Source: Octopus sinensis (lineage: Eukaryota). Taken from it: a DNA stretch of 64,000 nucleotides. The notes below the pieces were generated by a model. That model saw nothing but the letters and a program-made list of their open reading frames with translations, ran no database searches and was not told the DNA's origin. The stretch is from contig NC_043022.1 of NCBI RefSeq assembly GCF_006345805.1, positions 11,532,001 to 11,596,000 of the forward strand. The letters run 5' to 3'. Positions 12,913 through 27,235 of the stretch are shown here, in pieces. Every line of letters starts with the position of its first letter. Within the stretch, counting starts at the first letter, position 1. The position numbers and the translations under genes were made by a program.

Positions 12913-15900
12913 TATTACTTCTTTCTGATGAATTCAAGTTATTGGAAGTTGTTTTTTTTTTTTCATTTTCTTTATTGGGGAAGATGGTCCAGCTATTGAA
13001 TAAATCTATTCCATTAACCAGTTTCACTTATTTCCCCACTCTTTAACCTAACCAACACCAGCTATACCAGATTTAATAATATTAAAAAAGAAAACACAAG
13101 GATTTTTTGTCTCTTTTCATATTGTATGTATTATTATATTTATTGTTGATGCTGTTCCTCTTAGTTTAGCAACTTAATGAATGTGTATTTTGATTGATTA
13201 ATTAAACAATTAACTTTTTTGACATGTATTTTGTAACGAAAATGAAAAACCAACCAATTTTTTTTATTAATCGTCTTTCTACTGAATTTCTTCTTTTGTC
13301 CCCCAGTGAGACCTGGGAACACAGAAATAGTCTTGTCTCGAGGAGGTATATATGCTTATCTTACCTGTCTCTAGCATCTTTGCTGAAGTGGTCAGGTGGA
13401 TTGGCACTTCTTTTCCAGAACGTCTTCTCCACCTTTTATTAACAATTTTTTTCTCCTTTTTTTTTCTCGCTCTTTCTCTCTGTCTCTTTCTGTCTCTCTT
13501 TATTTCTGCCCAAAACTCAACAGAACAAAGACAGAATTTCTAAAGATGCATTTTCTAAATAATTATTTGGTTAAAATACTAAAAACGAAAAGAAGAAAAT
13601 ATTTATTTAGAACACATTAAATCAGAACACCTGACCCATGTATATGTTGATACATCTACAGTTAAATATTTGGAAGGCTTTAGCTTTGGAGATTACAGAT
13701 GATGTGGAAACATCCTATTGTTCTCTTGAGTTATTTTTCTGTCACCTTAAGCTTAAGAAACAATAGGACCTTTACATCATTTGTTGTCTCCACAATTAAA
13801 GCTTCTAAATAAATAATTGTAGTTATATCTACATTATACATGTTACAAATATTTACATTAACAGTAATATCTGTAAAAATTTTGAAATTTATTCAAGACA
13901 AGCCAGTCTACAAAAACTGAACTTTAACGTTCCCAGCCTAGAAAATCCAGTCTGAAACGGTAGAAAGAAGGTAAATGGGGATGAAATTCTGGGTAAATGT
14001 AGGAGGATAAATGGAGCCAACCACCACGCTTCTATTTATTTACTTGTATGTGGTTACAGTTAGTACAGTTGTTAAAGTGTCTGAAAGACTGCCTCCCAGT
14101 ATTTCTTCTAGTTGTCAGTGTTCTGAGTATATATCCCTCCTGTCATCCTTTTGGCATGGAACTGGTTGAATTGTTAGAGTATCAGACTGGATGTGTTGCA
14201 GTATTTATATTCCAGCTGTTTACTTTCCGACCTGAATGTAAACGACAGTATTGATATCAAGCTCTCTCAGCCCTTACTTTTTCCTTGGATAATGTTGATT
14301 GCAATTAAGGGCGGGGACAGTTTTACAGGTGTGGGCCACTGCTGGTGTACTTTAAAAGAAACAAAAAAAAAAAACCTTGCTCAGGCTTTCACATTAGAGA
14401 GGAATTTTTCAGCTTCTGGTCCATAGTCCTATGAGATATATGGAAGCCCCAGAAAGTGTTGAATGGACAAAATGTTCTAGAAGACAACTTAACAAACATA
14501 TTAAACACAGAAATTGATCAGTAGCTTAATGTTGACATATGTAATGAATGATGCATAAAAAAGCTAAGTAGAAATTAAAATGTAGGAGATAAGAAAAATC
14601 TTAATTCTTCAGTGATTCCTATTAGTTTTGTTGAAATTGTGAAAGCATCAGAGAAAACTCCACCAAAATATGTGGCCTTGTGCAAATGCCAGAAATCAGT
14701 ATTGTTTCTCAACAAGCATGGGAGATAACTACAAATATGTTTCAGTATTATTATGACTTCATCAGTGAAGCCTAATCTTCATTGTGCTTAATGAAGGAGT
14801 GAATATACATATTGTGTATTCATTGAGTATAGGAAAATAGATTTCTTTAGAGATTCAATAAGTCATTAATTCCTTGTACATGGAGCACAAGAGATAAAAT
14901 TAATGTTAACATATATGGAAATCATATTAGTCAATGACTTGTATTGTTTTCTTTTCTGTTTTTTTTTCTTTTGCATATTTATTTTTGATAGTTTTACGAT
15001 GCCTCCTGCTTTAAATGTATTAGCACTAATTTACCTATTGATTTTTTTTTTTTATGTAGCTGACATCTGTGAATCAAACAAATTGTTTTACCTGTCTAAG
15101 TCATTATTATACTATAATAACTGCAGCTACACTGCTTGTCAATTCAATTTCTAGGTTTAAACTTGGATGACTTTTACATTTTTCATCGACTATAAATATT
15201 AGTTTCAATGACTTTTCATAATGGGAACATAGTATTAGTGAAGGAAAAAAACTATTATAATATTACAAGTGTAATAATATCTTTGATAATCAAATATTTA
15301 TCCGTTTATTTTGCCGTCTAAACCAAACTTAAATATCATTTCTAAATTCTTTGATTATTCAGTCATTGAGTCTTTTGAGTTTTGGGAGAAATATCTAACA
15401 CAAATTCTACTCAGCTTTTTATTTTTTATTTCATTTTTATTTATTTTTTCCATTATGATATTTTATTTACATTTTTATTTATTTTACTTTTTTTATAATT
15501 TATTTTAAACATACCCTCTGCTGGCCCTTTGTTGTCACATGAGAGTATGCAGCAGTTTCAAAACCTTTTTCTCAGGCTTCACTATGCTTCAATTTCTCCT
15601 GAATTTTACCCTTAATTGGGGCACTCTTTCAGCAATGAAAACCAAACAGTTTTAATATCCTCTATATTTGATTCTTAATGTCCTATATATTTGATGAAAA
15701 CATTTCTGTCACATAATATCACATTGATATTCTCTAATTTTCTTTGATTTCATACTAAGAGCTGGTGTTATTTTGGTATCTTTCGGTAAATTTTTTTTCT
15801 CAATCACTCCTGTTCTGAGACTATTTAGTAAAATAAAAAATGGGCCAACTCACTGAAATATAAGGAATCTATGATTGACCTATGGGTTTCTTTCTTTCTT

Positions 15901-18900
15901 TCTAACTAAAAGTAAACTTCACATTTACAGAGGGTTGCTTGGTTGGGTCTCTACAGTTAGTAAAATCACTAGTCATGTCACTAATGGTACTGGTTAGCCC
16001 CAGGTCAGCCTTTGTTAAATGGGCATATGAAGGAAGGCATTCCAAACTTGATTATCCCAATGTTTTGCTTTATCTAGGAGCACATTGTTCAAGATGTCCT
16101 TCTGTTTCTAAGACAATAAAGTGTGATTTGTAGGAATTTAGCTGCTATGTCTAGCATCATTGGATTATTTTGCTGTGTGGTGTTAAAACAGTTGTATGCC
16201 TTCATATCACCATATTTGGCAGAGTAGAAAAACTTTGCTCAGATCTGTTCCCTGGAAAGAAGCTTTCCAGATGCATGGTCAACCATAATCAATAGAGGTT
16301 ATAGGGACATGTACTACATTAGAAAAGTTTATATCTAAAGAAGCACTATTTATTACTCTAAGGTATTTGGGAGGGTCATACTGTAAGTAAAGGAGAAGTT
16401 TTGTAGAAAATCTCAGGTTGCACAACTACAATAAAATATGCAATGCAGTTGGCTCTGTGATTGTTTGTTTGATGTAGTAAACAAAATTTACTATGCACAT
16501 CAACTAATGATGATGATGATAATAATAACAACAATAATAATAACATGAACTTCCAACTTGTTGTCTCTTGAGGTCTCTGGGTGAGACTTGGAGCCAACTT
16601 GTACAAATGTAAAGCAAAAGTCAAACATAGAATAATAATAATAATAATAATAATGACGATACTGGTAATAACTAAAGAATTTTCAAGTATAGAAGGCCAG
16701 AAGTTTGTGGTAACTAAATCATATCTTACCAAAAAAACACCAACTCTTCCCAGTCATCATCATCATCCTTATAAGCCTCATTTTTAATATTTAGAATGAA
16801 TATATATGGTTTCAGAAATGCAAATGTATCTAAGCTAATTTTTACAGCTCGACACCCACTGGTCTTAGATACTCTTCTTTTTATAAAGAAATACATTCTA
16901 TAAAATATAAAGACATACGTACGAAGATTGAATGATTATTATAAATTGGAAGACAAATTAATATTATAGTCCTACAAAATAAAGGTAAGAGATTAGCTGA
17001 ATCTTTAGAAGATTGGACAAACTGCCTTGCAATGTCTGCTTAGGACTTTTTACATTCTTAGCTCAAATCCCACTAAGGTTAACTTTGCTTTCATCTTTTC
17101 TGAGACGATGAAATGAAACCCCAGTCAATACTGGGTCAGTTGATATAATCATCTCTACCCTTCCACCAAATTTGAGGCCTTGTATTAATGTGTCATTTTG
17201 ACCTACAAATTGGTGGAGTGTCAAGTCAAACCATTTCAATAAATTCTGAATTCAGTTCAAGTTAATTTTGATATTGATGTTTTGAGAATTGATACAACTG
17301 GGATCAGACACAGGTTTAATTGACTATTTCTCCATATTGTTCTTGTTAATGACTTTTATGTCATCTAAGTAATTGTATTGTAGAAATAAACCAACTGGAG
17401 ATTGACTTTGCATTTTATGTGTCTCTGGTACTAAAATATATCAATATCAGCTATATACCGAAGTCGGCTCAGTTGTCTATATTTCCTACTCTGACAAAAT
17501 TTGGCCTGAATTGATTGCATACAGAATTCATTGTGTCTACACTCCAAGAGCAATCCTTGTTCCAATTCATCTTAACTCACCAGCCCACTCTCACTCTTTC
17601 ACACATTGGCATGTTGTGTTTACCTCTTGCTTGTGAGCAATGTGTCTTTAATGGCAGCTCTTTTACTCCACCCACCCCCTTCTCTTCTATCAAAACCTTG
17701 AAAATTTGCAGTCAGTTCTGACGTTCACCTCACTTCTAGCTAAGTTCTGTTATGCTCGTCCACTCTTTTTCTAAAGCAAACATCCTGCTACTCTTCACAC
17801 GGTTACTCTCTATACTTACATCTGCACCTCACCTTTCTGCTTATTTTAACTTTGTCTTACTCTATCTGTATGCTGTAGATCACAACTCTATTATTAATTC
17901 CATACATGAGAAAATTAGCGTTGAAGACAAATACTTGATGTTAAAAGGGCCCAGTGAACGACAGACCTAAAACAGGGCAATTTGGAAGGAATAGCAGTAC
18001 TTTCCTGTCACCCACCTATAACAGCTTCTGTATAATCGCCAGTTCTTGTTTTCATCATCATTTTCGTCATCTTCATAACATGATTAACTTAATGTACTAT
18101 TTATTGAGTTTATTTTATTAATTACTTGGATAAGATAACTTAGCTGTTTCAGCCAAAGATTTGCCCAGGCCATGTCTAACTTAATATCACCACTTGATTA
18201 GAAATCAAACGTTTCTAAGTCGTTAATAATTGTCACAGTGATCTCTACTTGTGCTAATAAATGAAGACCTTACACTGAAACATGGCCTAGTCTTTTAAGA
18301 TTTTCTTGTTTTCTGTGAAAAATACAGTTAATTTCCTACTCTTTGAGGTGACAGCTATTGACTTGTTCTTTATAAAAATATTATTTAGAACAGAATATGA
18401 TTGGCAGAATATAATTTAAAGTTGTTATCATACTACCAAGATCATAGACATTCACCAACTGCACTGGCTACATTCTATTTTTAATTAATTTTAATGAATT
18501 AAAATACTGAAGTTGTCTATTCAGCCTTCATTAACCAGAATTGGTCATTATGCTAATGAATCTTTCCCTTCTCCACATAGTTCACTGCATTATTTATCTT
18601 ATCACCAACTTTACAGAGATGTAGATACCAAAAATCCCCAGACATTTTACTGTTCTTACTTCAGTGTCTTATTTCTGGTTTTGAATTTAAATCCTGCTAC
18701 AATCTACTGGAAAATATCATTCATAAGTATTAGGGAAATAAATATCAAGTATAATGGACTGACAGAACAATTAGAGAGTCAGGAAAGACATCTTGCATAT
18801 AAATTTCGAGATTTTGTGTTCTAACCACAATGCTTGCAATGACACTGGAGCTACAGCGTATCTGCCCCAGCTCAGCAACTTTTTTGTTGGATAGATATCA

Positions 18901-20710
18901 ATGGCATGGAGAGGGAAAGCTTGAATGAAGACTTTCAATTGCCAGTCTTCCTCAAAGAGTATTTATCAAACCTGTACATACATGTGCAGAGGTATGGCCC
19001 ACCTTGGCTGATAGAATCCTTACAGAGAGAAAAATCAGTGCTTAATAAATTTTGACTGTGTAGGTTTATGTATCTGGTTGACAGCATTGAAGTATGAGGC
19101 AAAGGTGCTTTTAAAGTAACTGCTCAATCTATTCAAAGTAAGTAAGCCATCAAGTTCTCCACACTACACCTCAACAAATTCTATAATGAATTCCACAGAG
19201 GGGAGATGACATGAACTTCATGTCAATTACATTTAGCTCTCTCTTTAATAAAATACGTCTTGTGGCTCTTTAATATTTCTAAGTGAGAAAGTATATTTAT
19301 TAATATGAAAGAAAAAAAATATCATATAATATAAAATAATTTAATATAATATTAGAATGACATTGCAAAAAAAGACATCATTGTTTTTAAGAAGTTTACT
19401 TTGCATGTAACTTTGCAGGGTTTAATCCCACTGTGTAACATATCAAGGGAGTGTTCTGCCATAGCTTCAGGTTGACCTATACCTTATAAGCAGAATTGTG
19501 TAAGCAGAAACTGTGCAAAAGTCTGTTGCATATATATAGATAGATACATAGACAGATGTTACCTCATCACCATTTCGTTGTTAGTAACCAAATAAATTTC
19601 AGGTGTCTCATACTTTGGGGGGATGTATCCCATTCTATCTCTTTTTCCTTGCATCTTACTCTTAGGGAATTAAACCAAGAAACATTTTAGTTGATCATTT
19701 TCTATATTATGCACTCTCATCTGTTTGTAACAATGAAGTCGTTTTCTGTAGGATTCAACAGAAAAAATATTTTGGGGGTTGTAAACCTAAACGTAATATT
19801 TAATTATTTAACTAACTACAAAATTAAGCAACCCACATTTTTTTAGGACAGTCACAAATTCCATCATCATAAATTTGCTGCTGTTAAATTAACACCATTC
19901 AAGTAGAGAAGCAGTAAATATCATAAGTGAAACATGAAAGTTTTGATCTCTTTGAAAATATTTCTTCAATTTTATCAAAGACCTATTGCTGAAAGGTGCT
20001 GCTTTACCCTGGCTTCTCTTCTTTCTTTGAAATTCTATGGAAAATAAATTCATCTGAAATATCATCTCTAGCAACCTTTTGCAATAATCTCTCCTACTTT
20101 AAAACCTAATAGTCTGTTATATTTGTACCTTCAAAATTTCTGCTGCACTCTTCCAAACATGGCTACAAGTTAACATAGTTCATTTTCTAATGTGTGCGGT
20201 TAAACAGTAACACAATGCAAAATTATTTCTGTCTGTAAAAGCCATATTACCCCCACCCCAAATCTAACAGTGCAGGTAAAAATATGATAGACAAATATAA
20301 CAGACTTCAAGTTACACTCTGCTTCTGTTACATCCCATAATTCTCTCAACTTTTACACTTTCCACTGCATGAAAGTCACGATATTCTGCTTTCACCATCA
20401 CCACCATCTTCAGAAAATCCACCTTTTTATTTTTACCATTAAATCGACCTTTTCATTCTTTATCTCTCTTTAGCCACGAATTCCTACAATTATTATCATT
20501 GCACCTCGCTGAATAATTTTTTTGTGAATAAATGTATTAAAAATTCCACGGAAATATAAACTACTTTTATATACTTTATAAAATTTCTAGGTTTAATTAT
20601 CTCCCTTAGACTAGTTTCACACTTTACCTCCCTTGACAATGCTTTTTTTTTGATAGGTTGTCGGACTTGGTGCTCTGCCATCTCATATATATGTGTGTGT
20701 GTGTTTGTAA

Positions 20711-20742
<32 letters not shown>

Positions 20743-21431
20743 CTGTACTGAGCCTGTTTTCCTCTTGTTTGGAAATTCAGACACACATGCATATATATGC
20801 ACATACACTTCTCATCTTGTATATATTTTAGTTGATATTTCTTGGAATTTTTTTTCTTTTTGCTTAATTTTTTTTTAATTAGATAAAAAAAAATGAATAA
20901 ATGTATACAATTATTGCTGACAATTCAAAGTAAATGCATGTATGGAAATAGTTAAGTCAAAGATGTTCTAAGTATATTGCACGACATTCTTGAGAGCAGA
21001 ATTTGTCTCCATCAGTATTACTTCGTATAACAAGCAGGTAGTTGTAGTGATTGGAGTTATGGTACATAGTAGTCATGAAGGCCTTTGTAATGTGTAGAAA
21101 TAGTCCTGTTGTTTGCTGCATGTATTAGTTTTTATATGTATTAGTTTTGAAATAGCAATAGTAATTTCTTTGGGGGGAATCATAAAATAGTAAAGGTAAA
21201 ACTATATGGCATTAGTACATACCACTAGAACATAGAATATTTTCCTTCAAAAGAATTTACAAGATATAATCTATTTTATTCATCTATTTCTACTATATTA
21301 CTAAATTAATTGCTCCACTCCACCATCTCAAAAATATTTTCAAAAACCCATCACAGAGAATAAAACATTCAATAATTTTCCCAATAACTAGCTGAGGAAA
21401 AAAATAATGAATTAAATAGCTTAAAAAGTTT

Positions 21432-21493
<62 letters not shown>

Positions 21494-23642
21494 CTTGCTG
21501 GTACATATGATATTAAATAGTGTGCTCCTTTGTAAAGAAGACAAATCAATGTTGCCTCTGTTGATAAATTTTAAATTTATTATAGCACTTCTATTTAGCT
21601 GATTTTTTCCTTTTTTAGAGGCTGTGCTCTCCTCCCTCTTAAGTGTAGTGGACTCTGCTTCTGATTAAAATGTTGTCCTTGTGAGATCCCCCAAATGATT
21701 GTCTCAAACAGCTGAAACGTATTCAATTAAAAGCAGGATGGTCTAATGATATTGGACTTACTGTCTTGAAAGCTTGTAAAGTTTACATCCACTGCAAGCA
21801 TTCCATTATCCTTCTAAATAAAACACCTCTTTATTCTACAACACCCTCCATTTACCTAACAGTGAAATCAAACAAGATCTTTATTTCTATTATTCACAAA
21901 AGATTCAATCTACAACATTGCATGAGCCTACATATGGATAAAGCCTCATTAATTGTTGACAGAAGTGCATAAAATATATAGACAACTCTCTTCATCTTAT
22001 ATCCTTTCTGTAAAATATTCTATTTGGATAAAACATTAGTTTGTGAATTGGACTTTACAAATTTGTTACAAAAGTAATTTTTGAAGTTTCCAATACACAA
22101 GGTACTTCCTTCTGTTGATTAACTAATGATTAGGGATATTGTTACGAGCTTCCCATGGCAGAAGAGACCCATACCTCACAGCAGACGCGTTAAAACTGAT
22201 CCTTCTAGTGGTGTAAAGCACTCACAACAAAGCCACATAAAAGTGCTCTTGTGGTGCCACTTAAAAGCACCTGTGTGGTGTCACGTAAAAGCACTTCTGT
22301 CATGCTACATAAAAGCACCCGGCACTCTCTGTAAAGTGGTTTGCATTAGGAAGGGCATCCAGCAGTTGAAACCATGCCAGATCAGACTGGAGTCTGGTGC
22401 AGCCAGCTCTGGTCACACCGCATGGACAGTGGACATGTAAATGGTGATGATGTTTAACACTACATTTAGTGTTCCTATATTTGATTAACTTGTGATTTCA
22501 AATAGACAGGAGGATATTTATAATAGTTTTAAAACAAAGTTCAGTTTTTATCTCTGTTAGATTTAGGGTTGGGTGGGGTTAGATAGACAGAAAGGTAACC
22601 CATAGACAAATTTAACTTGTAGGAAATCTGCTGCTATATAAATATGCTAAGTCAGCTCTTTAATTAATAAGCAAACAGAAAATGAATATTATTAAATCAT
22701 AAATGTAAGATGACTTAAAAAAGCAGATTAATTGAAGGAAAATAGATTAAAAAATGAAGTACAACAATTATAACATTTGTTTTAATCTAAATTTCTCGAA
22801 GTTATATCAGGTAACAAATAAATATAAAAAAAGAAACCGAAAGGAATTATCTCCCTTTTTCTTTCATTTTATTTCTAGCCGCTGATGAATTGCCCCGCTT
22901 GCCAATAGGAAAGTGATATTTGTCATGCTTCTTACCATTTTGTTTTGCTTGTGTTGTGATGTGTTTTTGAGTGTTGTTTTCATTTTTTCCTTTGTTACTT
23001 TGTGATTCTATATTCTTTTATATTCTATTCTCTATGTTTATTTTTGTTCAGTGTTTCTTGAACAGATTGCTATGTTGTCTGGAGTGTACCTTGTAAATAA
23101 ATAACCCTTTAGCATTCAAGCTAGTCTAATCTACAATATTTAATCAAACCAACCTAATCTGTAATTTTTAGTCAAACCCACCTAATCTGTAATAATTTGT
23201 CAAACCAGCTTTACTCACCTTGTATTATGTTAACTTTACTCCTTGACGAAAAATCCCCAACTCTCAGTAAATTTTATAAAATGTCACACTTTTCTTTGTT
23301 TCATAATCTTCTTATGATTTCATTGACGTATCTGAATGCTGAAGGGCTAAACAAACAAGTTGTGTAATGTGTTAAAACATAACCCAGTTTAATCTTCTTT
23401 GCTACTGTTTGTTGTTGTTGTTCTTGTAACTATTTACCATTCAAACTGGCCAAATCTAGCATTTGTAAAACATCACTCTCTATTTGTCTAAACTGAGAAC
23501 TTTATGATATGTAGCTACTGGTAGCAGGAAATGTTTCTACTGAATCACGTCTTATCTTAGTCATATTGTTTCTTAGTTTAATATGTTGTTCATGGATGTT
23601 GACATTTCTAACACCATTAATACCATGAATGCTAATGGTTTA

Positions 23643-23712
<70 letters not shown>

Positions 23713-25229
23713 CATATATATATAATTTAAACAACTAGCAACAAATATTTTCTTAATTAATCTCTATTTTTTCCCTTTAAAATTAACCATACAAAGCATT
23801 ATTATTTAAAAGATTAAAGCATTTAATTATGAACTGCATTAATGATACCATGTTGGTAAATAAATGTTAACAATGAAAAAGAGAAATTAATGAATTTTTT
23901 CTTCTTAATTTGAAGTTCTAAAAGAATTTGTTTTAACTTGTTTTAAAAATTAATTAAATATAAATTATTTATTTTTTTAAACAAAACTTATAAACTAATA
24001 TTTCATATATTAAAAATAAGAAAATGCACCTTGAAGTGAAGAAGGAAAATTAATTAGCAGATGAAGAGTTTTTGCATATTTTGTTGTTTCTTTGAATTAA
24101 TAATTTATATTTTTCTTATTCTTTCTTCTGATTAATTAACTAATTTTTAATTATATAATACAACTATACAGAATAAATAACCAACAGGGAATATAAATAA
24201 ATATAATATATATTTAATTATTGCTGTAAAGTAATTTTGGAGTTTAAAACCTGTAAAACTTAAAGACAGATAAGATATGAATCTAAATATATCTATCTAT
24301 AGATTGATTTCAGTCTAACAAGAAAGTTTGTAATTTTGGCAATTCAAAGAAGCTGATTCACTGTTATGTTGGATATTGTGATTTTTCAGTTGCCATGCAC
24401 AAGCTTTCTTTCTCACTCTTACATTCCACCTCTCTTTTACATATACTTGTGGTTTTAATTTCAAATTTACCTTACAGCAGAACTAAATGTGTTTTCACAA
24501 ACAGAATTAACCTGAATTTTTAATATAAAACCATAGGAAATACATCAAAATTTCCTAAAATTAACACAACTGGGGAAAATTTTAACCTTGAATGACCAAA
24601 ATGTCTGTGTTTAATATTTTGTTTTTCTTTTTGTCTACAACTTGTGTGAAATAACTATTTATATTTCATTTTCTTCTCCTTTTATGTTGTCTTTCTCATG
24701 CTACATTGTCTTCTAATTGTTGGTCTGTTTCTTCTTCTATCTCTAGCTAGCATGTGGGTCTTCAAAACATATGGTTTTGACAACTAACTTGTCGTCGCCC
24801 ATTCCTTCTTTCTCTTATAAATTTCAATATATAGATCATTCAAATAAATATTTTAACTTGTTACACCACCACAAAACCTTTTCCTCCAAATTATCAACTT
24901 CTTCCAAATTCTACCAAAAGCAACGTTGTTGTTCAACCTTCTGAAGGTGATAAACGAAAGTACAAGTCAAGCACTGAGGATGATTTTATTATCTGAAAAT
25001 CTCCTAAAATTTATGGCCTGATGTGTATGTTAGCATGTCACACAAAATGCTCAACAGCATTTCTCTGGCTCTTTATGTCCTAAGTTCAAATTCAGTTGAG
25101 GTCAACTTTACCCTTCCTCCCCCTAGGGTCAACCAAATAAAAAGCAGTTGAGCACTGGGGTCGATGTAATCATCTTTTACCCACCTTTGAAATTTTTGTC
25201 CTTGTGCCAAAATTTGAAACCATTATTAT

Positions 25230-25560
25230 TGTGATTATTATTAGCAACAAAGAATGTCTTAATTTTCCTGCTACTAATGAATGTACCACAGTTCTTGGAA
25301 CTAAAAAAAAACGTATGACAATCCTTTGGGTCCTGATGAATGTTGTACAATAATTCTCCACGCAGTAATGCAATGTGTTGTAAATCTTCCCCCAATAAAC
25401 AAGCCATCTTGTGGTATTGTCTTCTCAACTCTTCCAGACCCTTGTCTGTTTTCATAGATAAACAGCAAATAATGGTGAGAAACTCAATGACAGCTGTGTG
25501 GTCAGTTGCAGTTGTTGCCTTGCTGTTAGATCTGGACATTACTGGGAATATATCAGACAA
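25230..25560 (-). mobile_element. possible degraded 3' end of a Dong/R4-like LINE ending in (TAA)n
   Basis: Weak similarity of ...KGLEE...DLQHIALL... to the R4/Dong C-terminal LQKIALLGTA motif, followed by a short UTR and a taataat tail. Confidence 0.3.
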
Positions 25561-26754
25561 AAAAGAAAAAAAACAATAATCATCCTTGTATCTATATAAT
25601 GTTATATTTATTCTTAAACCAATGAAAGAAGCCTGCAAGTAGTCTTTTAACCTGCTTAAAATAGCAGCTAAATTACCATCAAATTGCAGCCTTAATCAAA
25701 TAACAGCGCTTATTTGATAATGTCTTGGATATACAAAAATATACCATGGTCAAGACTGGAATGTCTTTCTAGTCATACATAGGTCTGTTTGGTTAATTAT
25801 GGCCTGTGATTAAGCAACAGCAATAGCAACAACAACATCTATCTGTTGAACAATTTCAGTGTCAGTTTTACTATTGGTGTTTCTGTATCCATTTCGTTGT
25901 CCACAATTGTCACAAGCCCATGTTGGACATTATAAACATAATGACACAAAAGCAAAAAGACTGTTTTTATTTTTGTTTTCAGTTTAGTCAGAGAATGAGA
26001 AGGAGACAGTGTTTGCAAAAGAGATCAACTATCTTGAATTTTAACAAACTAGCTCAACTGTTTAATATCCTTCAACTACACACATACCACAGAGGCAGTT
26101 TTTTTTCCCTAGAATGACCTTAACTGCAGTGGCTAAAACAAATAAATCACACACACACATACACACAAACATCTACATGCATGCACACATACACAAACTT
26201 CTAAATTTCTTTTGCTTTCTATCATTTTGTATTCTTTTTCCCCCCCTGTCGGTGGGTCGGGTGAAGGCAGGGATTAAGGACGAGGTTGTGCATTTCTTTG
26301 TTGTCTTTTTTTGTTTGTTCTTTGTCTTTGTCTCTTAATATTTCCTGATTACTTTCTTCTTTTTATTTATTCCTCTTTGCTTTATTTTGTTTCTTTTCTT
26401 TTCTTTTTTTTTAATTTCAAAGGAATGTCACTAATATTTATTTAACAAAATAAACTATCTTACAAAACACATACATTGGTATATCTTTCACTTCTTTCTG
26501 TCTTTATCTATCTACCTATCTATCAATATTTATATATATGTATAAAATATATATATATATATATACTACAAAATTAGAGAATGGAGAAACATACTTAAAT
26601 CAATAAAACATCAACTATCCGATGATACCCAATCAATACTTTAATACACCATTACATATGAGTAAAGGCATTATACAAAATGAGATATACAGTAATAGTA
26701 AAAAGATAAAGAGATATAAGTAAAAAATTTCAAATATAATATGCAATTAAATCA

Positions 26755-26866
26755 AAACTGACAGCTGTTTCGGCAGTGAGGGCAGTCATACCTCATTTAA
26801 CCTCTAAGCCATAAAGGCAGGTATAAATGAGGCATTAACAAGGATGCCCCACGGCCTCTTCAGAGA
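26755..26866 (-). ncRNA. type I hammerhead ribozyme motif with 85-nt extended stem II
   Basis: CUGAAGA (26863-26857), then GGC...GCC, GAAA (26771-26768), palindromic CAGCUG stem III and a GUC triplet. Stem I is only 2 bp plus mismatches. Confidence 0.6.
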
Positions 26867-27204
26867 ATTAAATTAAATTTGTTATAATTGTGAAAAATAT
26901 TATATAACCATATACATATAAATATAAAAATATAAAAATGTAAAATATAAAAACTTATACATCATAATGCTACACTTATATAATATAATACTCATTGGTA
27001 CAATAAAGGAAGGTAAACAGAACAAAATAAAACAAAATATATATCAGTGTATATATTAATATTAATAAGTACCGATATTATACATATTTGGCTAATAGTT
27101 TTTTTAAAAAAACTAACACAAGGGAGATGAAAAATAATAATTAAAACCATGGTTCAGTTCATAAAATTCTAAAGCTATGAAAGTTAATAAAAATTACTAT
27201 TAAT

Positions 27205-27235
<31 letters not shown>

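Noticed and set aside
20008-20093. Possible minus-strand exon ERLLQKVARDDISDEFIFHRISKKEEKPG
   Set aside because: The acceptor is poor (ggttttaaagtag), the phase does not link to the 13365-13505 candidate, and I recognise no homology.
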